NCBI GenBank assembly: GCA_946965045.2
Contig: OX337239.1
Location: forward strand, 1,860,001 to 1,924,000
From: Epithemia pelagica
Lineage: Eukaryota > Protista > Bacillariophyta
Length of the DNA: 64,000 nucleotides
Reading direction: 5' to 3'
Below the pieces are notes generated by a model. It ran no database searches and had not been told where the DNA came from. It saw nothing but the letters and a program-made list of their open reading frames with translations. Below are positions 34,684 to 44,900 of this stretch, piece by piece. The translations under genes were made by a program, and so were the position numbers. Every line of letters begins with the position of its first letter. The first letter of the stretch is position 1.

Positions 34684-35410
34684 ATCATCAAGCTTGACCA
34701 TCACACTAGCACCTCTTTTTTGATGCCAAAGAAAAGCAAGGCAAAAGCATAGAGATGCGTCGGATTGAGGTGGGGGGCAGGGTTGTGAAGTCATAAGTCA
34801 CTAATTCCAAAGTCAACACCGAATTTGACTTGATTTTGCCACTTTTTTGCAAGTCCCATTCCATTCGTCATGCCGTAGAATACGGAATGACAATTCCTTA
34901 TTCAATTCTATACTCTATACCACGAGTACTTACTCTGTTCAAGTCAAGTCTCCTTCGTTATTTACATGACTTTCATTCCCCAAGTCAATCTCATTCACTA
35001 TGACCGGACGACTTGTCATTCCCAAGTCTTCTTCCATTAGGCCCAAAGTTCCCTACTTGAAGTCATTATAGTAAGTCATTTACCCAAACTCCCTAAGTCA
35101 ATTATTCCATTCTACCAAAACTCCCTAAGTCAGTTATTCCATTCTCCTAAAGTACAGACACACCGATAATCACCGTGTACCGTGTATTCTTCATACAAAG
35201 CACCTCGAAACTGACAAAACAAACAACAATCAACTGATGACCTACACATACCTTCTTCCCCAACACCTATCAGAATGACCCTTGACTCTTGGCCTTGTTT
35301 CGTCGTGTCCTCACTTCTCACTCCTCACAGTTAGAACGACAAGCAGCCAGCATCCTTTCACCACCGTCCCCCCTTTGTCACTTTGCACCCTGCACCTCTT
35401 GCGCCCAACC

Positions 35411-38137
35411 ATGGCTCCAAAGAGGAAGTCGTTGAGCCGAACATCGAGCAAGAAAAGCTCGACTGATGATCCACCATTGGATACTGCAACGGCGAACAAG
35501 ATCAAGGCTCGCCAATCTCTATACAAACAGGAGAAGGAGCTCATTCCCATTCTTTCCTCCCCACTTCCCGAATTTTTCACTCAGAATCCTACTCCTCTAT
35601 GGAAATGGGGGATCCACATCGATTGGGAAAAGTTCGACAAGTTTCACGAAGAATCCATTGACGAGAAACGAGACTTCTCAATGTACGAGGGAGTCACCAG
35701 CTTATTCGAATCCTACGAACATGTTGTAATCAAGAAATTATGGCCGAAGAAAAAACCTTCTCAACAAGGCAGGAAGAAACCGGTTGTATCGAAGAAGCTA
35801 GCCAAGTACCAAGATGTCTGTCGGTTCTGCATCATATGCCCTGTTTGCTTCCACGATCCGGATACAACCTTGGCCAAATCCATCATCGGTTGCTCTGGCA
35901 AAACTTCCAATATCTCCCAGCACCGAACTGGGTGTCATCAAGATTTGACGTTTGACGACGAGAAACCGGACACACAGGCTACTCTTGGCGAATATGCAAC
36001 AAATCAAATCGTAACACGATCAGGTATTCGCAAGGAATTCCGACGACTCATATATGAGTTCGTGAATGATTGCTGCCTACCAGCATCGACAGTAGAGAAG
36101 CCAGAATTTCGGTCACTACTTCAATTCGCAACCTCCCATGGCCTCCAGCTCAAAGATTCCAAGGCTGAAAATATGAGTCGAAGGGAGATCACCAAAATGC
36201 GCTTGAATTCTTATGAAGAGTTCCTCTTCGTCGTGTCAGAACTTGGCAATAACGTTCGCAATGCTTATCACAAGCTATGCAAGCAGAACGTACCTTTTGG
36301 GACCTTATGCCACGACATATGGAACGGCCCCAGGGGCGACATTCTGGGTGTCACTATAATGTTCACAGATCCCAGAAACTGTGAAGTTTATAGAATTCCC
36401 ATTGGCCTGGCTGAAATACTAGGTCACTCGGCTGCCGATGTCGCCAAGTTGACACACGCTCTACTAAATCAAGTCGGATTTTCTCAGAGTGACTTATGCG
36501 CCTCTGTAAACGACAACACGGCATCAGCCGTGCTTGCAGGCAAGTACATTCTCGGCACTCTACGTCATGGGAGTGGCAGTGGCAGTAAAGGCAAGTGTGA
36601 CATGCACAAGGCTGAACTGATTCTGAAACATGCCACCGGCTTGGTACAACGAAGCAGAAACAAGATTATCATCGACGCCAATCCAGAATTTGTTGAAGCC
36701 TATGGTATTGCAAAGAAGTTTGCTGCATGGCTCATGAGCAGTCGAGCACCACAACGATGGGAGAATTTCAAAGATTTCGCGAACAAAATGGGAGCTGTGG
36801 TCATCATGATTCCACTCCCCAATGAAACAAGGGTATCTGGATGCATCCTACTCATCATTGGCCTCCTTCGCAACAAATGGATTATGGATGAATACGCTGC
36901 CAGTACTATAAATGGAGACCTAGGCTTCAAACGCCGCTATCCCAATCCGGATGTATGGGAAGTTCTTTCCCAATTTGAAGCCATTCTATCCCCTCTAAAG
37001 GCAGTGTCTCTATCGCTCCAAGTCGATGCTCCCGGTTCTTCATCTGCGTCCTTATTGGAGTTGTACAGTGCCCGTCATGTTGCCAAGTTGATGGAAATTG
37101 AGGACATCGAATGCTTGCCCATGAAAGAAAATTTGGACAACCCAATCAAGAAGTGGGATGCCACAAAGAACATGGATGACCTGGACGAACAACGCAACCC
37201 AATTGCCTTTGAGGACTTGCATTCGACTAGTCGGAAACTCATCCGTCGGATTATCAAAGAGTACAAGACGTACGTTCTCGAAGAAAAAGACGAAGATGCA
37301 GAGAAAGCCATGTGCTGCAACCCACTCCTGGCCAATATTTTTGAAGGACTCTTCAAAGATTTGGATGCCTATGACGACGACGACATCTCCCGTGTTAAGA
37401 CGATGTTTGTGGAGGATATGGTTGCCAAGTTTTCGAACAAACGAGTCTCTCGCCTTGGTACAGTGTTTGCAAAACAGACTGGCAACAGTGGGGGAACAAC
37501 AGACTCCACACCTACTACGAACTCGAGTGCGAAACCTAAGAAAAAATCGAAGGTGGCAAGTGCCTTTGCCAAGATCAGAGAAGCACGAGAGAAAAAACAA
37601 CAGGACTTGCTTGGACTGTCGGGCAAGGCCAGTAACGCTGGCGCAGAGGCAAAACTTGTTGCGGACCTCCGCGAGGCATGCAAAGAATGTTGGACCGATT
37701 TCAAGAAAATGTGTGATCTCATGATTGATCATAGATGGGAGGTGGTGATCAAGAAGTATTCGACAGATGAATTCAAGAAGGAATCTCAGAAATGGGGGCG
37801 TTTGGAATGGGACGAGTTCAATGAACACTGCCGTGACAACTACTACCTTGGCATAGCACGATATTTCGACGTCATGAAATGGTGGAAGGTTCATGGTTCG
37901 GAATATCCTTTCATGCTCCCTTCAGCTCTCATTTGGCTTACCAAACCTCCGACTAATGCCTTTCAAGAACGAGTGTTCTCTGCAAGCACTTGGTATCACC
38001 AGAACAAATTGATGGGCAATATGTATGAGAAACACAACGAGATGCGAACTTTGGAAAAGTTGACTAGGCCGTTGCGCAAATTGATTCTTCAGAGAGAAGC
38101 CGAAATAAAAAAGAAGAAACAGAGAAAAAGGAAGTGA
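35411..38137 (+). CDS. hAT transposase
   Basis: BED-like CPVC...HRTGCH, catalytic LCHDIWN and VNDNTAS, CDMH (CxxH), and C-terminal dimerisation domain DVMKWWKVHGSEYP...FQERVFS; uninterrupted ORF. Confidence 0.92.
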   Translation: MAPKRKSLSRTSSKKSSTDDPPLDTATANKIKARQSLYKQEKELIPILSSPLPEFFTQNPTPLWKWGIHIDWEKFDKFHEESIDEKRDFSMYEGVTSLFESYEHVVIKKLWPKKKPSQQGRKKPVVSKKLAKYQDVCRFCIICPVCFHDPDTTLAKSIIGCSGKTSNISQHRTGCHQDLTFDDEKPDTQATLGEYATNQIVTRSGIRKEFRRLIYEFVNDCCLPASTVEKPEFRSLLQFATSHGLQLKDSKAENMSRREITKMRLNSYEEFLFVVSELGNNVRNAYHKLCKQNVPFGTLCHDIWNGPRGDILGVTIMFTDPRNCEVYRIPIGLAEILGHSAADVAKLTHALLNQVGFSQSDLCASVNDNTASAVLAGKYILGTLRHGSGSGSKGKCDMHKAELILKHATGLVQRSRNKIIIDANPEFVEAYGIAKKFAAWLMSSRAPQRWENFKDFANKMGAVVIMIPLPNETRVSGCILLIIGLLRNKWIMDEYAASTINGDLGFKRRYPNPDVWEVLSQFEAILSPLKAVSLSLQVDAPGSSSASLLELYSARHVAKLMEIEDIECLPMKENLDNPIKKWDATKNMDDLDEQRNPIAFEDLHSTSRKLIRRIIKEYKTYVLEEKDEDAEKAMCCNPLLANIFEGLFKDLDAYDDDDISRVKTMFVEDMVAKFSNKRVSRLGTVFAKQTGNSGGTTDSTPTTNSSAKPKKKSKVASAFAKIREAREKKQQDLLGLSGKASNAGAEAKLVADLREACKECWTDFKKMCDLMIDHRWEVVIKKYSTDEFKKESQKWGRLEWDEFNEHCRDNYYLGIARYFDVMKWWKVHGSEYPFMLPSALIWLTKPPTNAFQERVFSASTWYHQNKLMGNMYEKHNEMRTLEKLTRPLRKLILQREAEIKKKKQRKRK

Positions 38138-38142
38138 TCGAC

Positions 38143-39144
38143 ATGACTGCGATAGACGAGAGTGGCACAAAAGGAGACGGCACAAGCAGCCAAGTCCAAG
38201 CCACTGCAAGTGTTGCAGTTGCAGTAGCCAGTCAACCAGTGGCTTCTGAAAGCACTACCGAAACACCTTCGCGACAAAGAACAAGTGGTGGAACAGGAAG
38301 CGGAACATCAAGTGAACCGATCAATATAACAGCGGAAAGTACACCAGCACAAGACATTAGCACTGGGGCCACAGACCAGCTATCCAGCACGGAACAAGAT
38401 GGGAAATTGCCGTTTCAAGAGAAGAATAAGACGACACCAGTGGACCTGGACCAACATGGGCGGCAGATGCAAGGTCGACAGTTACGAATGGCAATGGCCA
38501 TTCAGAAAGCCGCTATGGAACTACAAGAGTTCGGTAAGAAGAAGGTTGTGGATGAAGGAACAAGCCAATACAATGACAGGCAAGATTCGGTCTCAGTGGC
38601 GGAGAGTACGACAACAACAAGACCTGTTCCGGTCGATCCAGAAGTAGCCGGCAACAGCACGACAGCCGAAGAAACAACAACATTGATGAAGTTCTACGCT
38701 GATACAGACAATGATGATGATCTTGCTCCTCCTCAAGAAGCAGACGACATTGTGGTCGTTCAAATTCCTATCGACGAGCAAGACAAAGACCAGGATGAGG
38801 GAGACGATGGAGATGACGATGATTGTGGATTGTTGAAAGCCTTGAAGGAACAAATGGAAGAAGTAAAGGTAGAATCTACCGGCATTGCGATCAGTCCTGC
38901 GGCTGTTGGTCTGTTGAAGGACGACGCCAACTTACCCATAGAGGGAACTTCCAAGGATGCTCCCGTCATCACGACTCCTCTGGCTGTTGCCGCTGATTTC
39001 TCAACTCCTGAAGCAAGTGAAAAACAAAAAGCAAGCACGAGCAAGAAACAATATGGGAAAAGGAAGGATACGAGTAGCAAGAAAACCCATAGTCCATCGA
39101 GTAAACGTACCCGCTCCAACACCACACTTAAATCACCGCCGTGA
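38143..39144 (+). CDS. hAT-internal ORF2, acidic low-complexity protein with basic C-terminus, function unknown
   Basis: 333-codon ORF starting 5 nt after the transposase stop; no recognisable domain. Confidence 0.45.
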   Translation: MTAIDESGTKGDGTSSQVQATASVAVAVASQPVASESTTETPSRQRTSGGTGSGTSSEPINITAESTPAQDISTGATDQLSSTEQDGKLPFQEKNKTTPVDLDQHGRQMQGRQLRMAMAIQKAAMELQEFGKKKVVDEGTSQYNDRQDSVSVAESTTTTRPVPVDPEVAGNSTTAEETTTLMKFYADTDNDDDLAPPQEADDIVVVQIPIDEQDKDQDEGDDGDDDDCGLLKALKEQMEEVKVESTGIAISPAAVGLLKDDANLPIEGTSKDAPVITTPLAVAADFSTPEASEKQKASTSKKQYGKRKDTSSKKTHSPSSKRTRSNTTLKSPP

Positions 39145-39221
39145 TACACTTATTCCATTTATGATTCACTAACAATGAGGCGATGAAGTTGCATGTTTGC
39201 ATGATTAACCATTAAGTTTTA

Positions 39222-40997
39222 CTAAGATCTTTGATAAATGTTCGCCATCATAGGAATCAGTGTCTTCAAATTATTACCGGAATGTGTGTCGTTATAGGAA
39301 TCGAGTGCGGATAAAACAGTGGGTCGGGTCTCATTGGATTGAAGGAGCTGGCCCAAGGAACCAAAGAGGGGATTGATCTGTTTCCATATGTTTCGTGGAA
39401 TCCATGAGGTGAGAAGGTGCGAACATCTTAAAGAGTCGCTCTCCATTTTGTAGCCATGGGTCCATTCCAAATGAAAACACCATCGGAAAACATGAATATC
39501 ACAGGGTATTCCTTCATCTCGGGAAAACGCCGAAGATAGAACAATCATGACAGTTTTGTGGCCAATCCCAATCAGCTGTTCAAATTGGCGAGCGCAAATA
39601 TTGGACGGAATGATCCCATCGTGGCGCTGTATGAAATAGTCAGCTGAGTTGACTATTCTTTCGGCATTGTTGTAGTAGCGACCAGCATCAGAAATTATGG
39701 AACAGAATGCATTCATGCCATAACGGGATGCGATGTCATAACAAGCCGTTGCAGATGTGAGGCCAATGGAGAAAAGGCGTGGGATAATTTTGCTGAGTTG
39801 TGCATCTGACGTACTCGAACTCATGATGATGATGATCAGGCACATGAAAGCTCGGTCTGGTTGTTGGGATATGTCGTCAGAGTTCGATTGATTGTGGATA
39901 TAATCGTCCATCCATCGTTCCCAATTGTCTCGTGGGGAAATGATGTTCTTATCGAGAAGGTGTTGCCGAAAATCAAGAAGACCGGAAAGAAGATTGAGTT
40001 GTTTTTCCTTTATTTGTGGAGCCAATGGTGGAATAGGAGCCAGATATACATTTCGGAGGGGTAGTAGTTTCGGTGGTTCACCAGGCATGTGGCGCTTCTC
40101 CGTCGAATCATAACCTAGTTTGTTGTATTAAATTTTTATTTTGGATCGGGAGGCGGATTGAATCAGTTGTGAAATTAGTCTCGTTCGTTTCCGGGTAGAG
40201 TATGGGTGGAACAAGGATGTATTCGTTGTGGTTTTGCCTGTGGAAGAGGATGGAGAGGATGAATTATTTGGTTTGGTGGTCGGAGACCCACCAGGGGAAG
40301 TGATTTGATTGTCATGTTCTTGGATTATGGACAGAACTTCCTTTTCGAACAAATCGATGAAAGGGAAAATGGTATCGGGAACAAATCTGAATAGGGGACC
40401 TTCCTGGCCAACCGTGATTGGAGTTTGCACAACGAATCGCGTGTCGGATCGAATCATCCAAGACATTATGTGGGTGAGTGGTGAGATTGAGCAAGTATCT
40501 CTTTGGTCCAGGGTATATTAGGCACAGAGTGTGGTAAGGAAGGTCGAACAGTCTTGTCGGTGGAATGTAGGCAAACAAAATATCTCCATGTATGGATTGG
40601 CTCCTTCTGGGACTTCATAGTTGATGGTATATGGCGAACTGTCTGAAGCTGTGGCTTCGAGAATACCGAGGGAAAATTGTTTTATGACCTCGTTGGAAGG
40701 GATGCTGTTGACTTGGCAGATGTGTGTCCTGGACATGAAAGTATTCACTTGCTTGATTGTAATTGTCTTGTTCGAACGCATTAGCCATCTTAGAAGTATA
40801 TCGGAAATAGCATCCACTAAGACGTTGTCTTCGTCAACCATTTCCTCGGGTTCAGATACAGATGAAGGATGCCCTTCAAGTTCCTCTTCTAGGAATCTGA
40901 TTAGAGTATAGGGACAGTGAATTATGTATCGAACTCGACATCGAGATTCGAATACAATGTTGTTCTTGTTCGTGCTTACACAAGCCATTCTGTACAT
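39222..40997 (-). CDS. hAT cargo gene: unknown N-terminal region + Endonuclease III (HhH-GPD) glycosylase domain; interrupted by two in-frame TAA
   Basis: Single frame from ATG 40997 to 39222 with TAA at 40518-40520 and 40128-40130; C-terminal ~290 aa align by eye with Nth: CLIIIIMSSSTSD, GRYYNNAERI, HhH LIGIGHKT (catalytic Lys), IPCDIHVFRW (catalytic Asp), WIPRNIWKQINPLFGSLGQ; no 4Fe-4S Cys cluster. Confidence 0.8.
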
Positions 40998-41009
40998 TGC
41001 AAATTTGCA

Positions 41010-41090
41010 CAGGTGCAGAGGTGCAGAGGTGCAGAGTGCAGAGTGCAGAAGAGTTGGCGCGGACACAGTACAGAGTGCAGAGTGCAGAAG
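41010..41090. repeat. GTGCAGA(G) short tandem array upstream of the cargo gene
   Basis: About 7 copies of a 7-8-bp unit read directly; boundaries approximate. Confidence 0.75.
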
Positions 41091-41680
41091 CACAGCGATT
41101 CCTTAACCATTAGTGCACAGTTGTGTCTTGCATTATGTGACTTAAGTCACTTTGACTTAAACGGTTTAAGTCAGAGAATTTACAGGGAATTATGAAGAAT
41201 TTAGCATTAAAGTCAAAGTCAAATTCCATCATGCCTGTAATGTTATTAAGTCGCATGAGGGAGACGGGGGGAATTGACTTGACGAATTAATTCTAAGTAA
41301 ATTCTATAGCAATGGATAGTAGACTTAATAGTCATTAAGTAAATTCACTGGAATTGTTACAGTGACTTGCTAATCACTAAGTAAAGTCGTCTATAAATTT
41401 AAATAGTACTTGAAAGTAGCTAAGTCCATTCACTATGTCATATATAGTTACTTCACAACCCTGGTGGGGGGAAACTTTGGAGAATTTTTGTGTTCCCGCT
41501 GTTATGTTTTATGTTTTGCTATTATTATGTTTCAAAGAGTTTTCAGTGGCATGAGCAGTCATAAACATAAACATAACATAACGAGGCAAAAACTTTGTGT
41601 TTATGTTTTATGTTATGTTTATGATAAAAACATTTCAGTAAAGACCCAGTACTCGTAGCTCGTAGTACTCGTATTCTCTA

Positions 41681-41889
41681 TGCCATACCCATGTAAAATA
41701 GCACGGTATAAAAATTGTGATCTTTAGGAATTACGAGGGATTAGGGGGAATGAGAGTGCCACGTGCGACGAGAAAATGACTGGAGGAGGAACAGCCAGAT
41801 GGCGGAAGATTCATGTCGCAGTGTCAAGAACGCGAACCGGGAATGGAACGTGGCGACACGTATGGCGGGATCCATATAGGGGTACCGCA
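41681..41889 (-). repeat. Gypsy 3' LTR (209 bp)
   Basis: Direct repeat of 47190-47406 lacking GAATCCAC. Confidence 0.93.
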
Positions 41890-41969
41890 CTCTACCTCTC
41901 CCTGGTCGGACCTAGGGAGTTCGAGCGGGACAAGAATGGGAAAGCTTGGAGACCAGCATTAAAACCCAT

Positions 41970-44900
41970 TTATTCACGAAATGGAACAAGGCGACGAATG
42001 TTGATTCGTTCAGTGACGTGGGGACCACGTTGGATAGTCACAGTGCCATTGGAATGGACTTGTGTAATCCGAAAGGGATTGGGGCTTGTGCGGAGCTCAA
42101 GCTTGTCTGGATTCGTGGCGCGAAGCAACACACGATCGTTGACAGCGTAGTCATGAAAGACACGAGAACGATTTGCGAGACGAGTGCGTTCATCGACAAT
42201 CTGTTGTCGTTTCAGACGGACTGTTTCCATGTCCGCGATAATAGGGATGTCAAACAGCATGACGCGATGGAACGCAAGGCTGCCGGGAGAATATTTCAAG
42301 GCGCCATGAATGGCAGTGCGAGTGGAATACGCAGCAGTCTGCAGAGCAGTATCCACGGCAAGTGCAGCGTTTTGTGCATCTTGTGGTGGTTCATAGTTGG
42401 TGATCACACGAAGAGTGTTGCCAACAGTCAAATGTAAGCGCTCGCAAAGAGCATTTGATTGAGGATTCTTGGCCGTCAACGGCACTGGCTTGATGCCATG
42501 GTTTCGAAGAACTTGCGTGAACGCATGTCCGATAAATTCACCGCCTTGGTCAAAAAGGCAACGAACGGGACGTGGATAGCGTGAGAGCCACGCGTTTTCC
42601 AATTAAAGACCCACGTGACGTGCCGTCTTGTCATGTATGCGAATGAGTTCGCAGAAGTTAGTGACATTATCGATAATAGTCAAGGCTTGAAATGTTAATT
42701 TCTGCCCATGAACGGTAACATTCCACGGTCCAATGAGGTCGACAGAGATGTCAGCCCATGGATTGCCTCGGACCTCGCGAGGAGGGAGTTCACCGTAATG
42801 GCGATGTATGACTTTAGAGCGTTGGCATGTAGCACAACTAGCCACGGCTTGTTCACAATACAAGCCCAAATTAGGATGACTCATGTGCATAGAGATCGTC
42901 TCACGAAGACGTGTAGACCCCAAGTGATTGAGGGACAGGTGATACCAATTGACGGTATGGGCCAAGAGGTTGTCTGGGATACGAATACGCCATGCGGCAT
43001 TAGGATTCTGACGATAACAAATCAAGTTGTATTGTGGGTTTTCCGTAGGGAAGGGTTGGAGATGGAATCTCTGTGGTTGTTCGGTCAACTTGGCCACAAG
43101 AGCGGCATCGTTCTGTTGGTGTTGATGGATCGTCGCGTAATCGACGGGCAATAGTTGATTTGCGTTGATGGGAGGATGATTGAGGTAGACATCGATCAAA
43201 TCCTCATCCATGAAGATGGGAGATTCGAAAGCGTTGGGATCACGCGAGTGATGAGAGCGGGGGTCATCATTAGGGCCATGAGGCACTTGCAACACTGAGT
43301 GTTGTCCGCTATGATCATAGAGCGATCGTGGATGCGGCGAGGCATCCGTAGAGGAGGTCGACGACGGAGAGACACTCTTCTCCTCCTCTTCAGAGAGAGG
43401 GAGACGCGACAAGGCGTCGACGATGACATTGTCCTGGCCAGGAACGTAGTGAAATATAGGGTTATACTCCTCGAGGAACAACCGCCAACGGAGGACCCGT
43501 TGCGAGTTGAGAGTAGCGTAGGTGAGATTTTTATGGTCCGTATGGACGTGCAGTTCGGCACAGCCGAGAAGCATGGAGCGGAACTCCTTAAGGGTTTCGA
43601 CGATGGAGAGTAACTCCTTTTCCATAGTAGTGTAGTTGCGTTGAGCAGGGTTTAACTTGCGAGAGTAATAAGCGACGGGAACGTCTTGTTGCATGATTAC
43701 AGCGCCAAGCTGGTAATCAGAGGCGTCCACGTAGACATGGAAGGGAAGGTTATGGTCGGGATACCGAAGAAAGGCATCATGTGCGAGCATGGACTTGGCT
43801 TGTTCGAAAGCGCGTTGGCATTGCGGGGACCAAACGAGGGTCTTGTGACCCGTAATGGATGTGAGGGGAGCAAGAACATGAGATCGTTGCGGATACATGT
43901 GGCGATAGAAATTGATCATGCCAATGAAGGAACGAAGTTCTTTCATGGTTTTTGGCGGAGCCAATGCCAAGATGGCAGAAATCTTCTTTTTCGAGGGTTT
44001 GATCCCAGTGGGCGTGAGCCAATGGCCGAGCCATTCCGTTTCTTTAACGGCCCATTCACATTTGGAAGGGTTAATGGAGAAGTTCTTGTCTTGAAGACGT
44101 TGGAGAACTTTGGACAGGATGTTCACATGTTCTTCCCAAGAATTGGAGAAGATGCCAATGTCGTCGATATAGACTTCGACATGGTCGCTGAAGTCCTTGA
44201 GGACGTCTTCCATAATCTCCTGACAGAAGTCAGGGGACTGTTTAACACCCATCGGCAAGCGACGGTAACGGAATTTGCCAAAAGGCGTAGTAATGACGCA
44301 AAGATTGCTGGATTACTCATCGAGGCGGAATGTGTAAAAACACATGGAGATGTCCAATGGAGATGTCCAATTTAGTAAAGTATTTGTAGCCTTTCCGTTT
44401 ACGGAGCATGTCCTCGATACAAGGAAAGGGGTAGACCCGACGGTAGAGTTGGGCGTTCAAAGAACGAAAGTCCGAAATCATTCGGATGCGGCCATCCTTT
44501 TTAGGAATGGCAAAGTGTGGAGCAGCCCATTCGGTGGAACCGACGCGCTCAAGGATGCCGATGTCGACAAAGCGCCACAGCTTTGTAAAGGTATCGTGTA
44601 TGTTTCGAGGGACCGAGAAATGGCGATGATGGACAGGCTGGGCATCAGGCTTGAGATGGAGATGGAGCGTGCGATCCGGATATTCACGGAGCTCGCCATC
44701 GAAGATTTTGCCACAGTCTTGCCAAATGGCAAGAAGATCTTGCTTTTGGGCATCGGTAAGATGTTCTTGTTGATTAATCAACTCTTGTAGATCCGTAGGA
44801 ACATAATTGGAATCCAAGAGGAATTGATCACCAATAATGGGATCGTCGGCAAAGATGTCGATGAAATGAGACATGAATGTCTGGTCAGTGGCGAATGAAT

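Larger units (their letters stand above)
34778..41463 (+). mobile_element. hAT DNA transposon (6,686 bp) with cargo
   Basis: TIRs CAGGGTTGTGAAGT (34778-34791) and ACTTCACAACCCTG (41450-41463); identical 8-bp TSD GTGGGGGG at 34770-34777 and 41464-41471; dense AAGTCA/TGACTT subterminal motifs at both ends; intact transposase inside. Confidence 0.95.
34187..41655. mobile_element. Non-autonomous TIR element (MITE, ~775 bp when the nested hAT is removed), TA-flanked
   Basis: Inverted repeats of about 65 bp: 34184-34249 (ctacgagtagtgggtctttactgaaatgtttttatca...aaacacaa) versus 41595-41658 reverse complement, differing by one substitution and a 2-bp indel; both ends abut TA; CATAAC-type subterminal motifs. 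Confidence 0.7.

Noticed and set aside
34332-34794. ORFs encoding KKEEGRR / FFLLPSS repeats
   Set aside because: Translation artefacts of the (AAGGAAG)n microsatellite.
34500-41100. Short repeat arrays as CRISPR
   Set aside because: Microsatellite and TE subterminal motifs without unique spacers; eukaryotic context, no cas genes.
41890-41895. Extending the Gypsy LTRs to ...CTCTAC
   Set aside because: The extra shared bases are the PPT on one side and the TSD on the other; TG...CA ends plus CTCTA TSD fix the boundary at 41889/47406.
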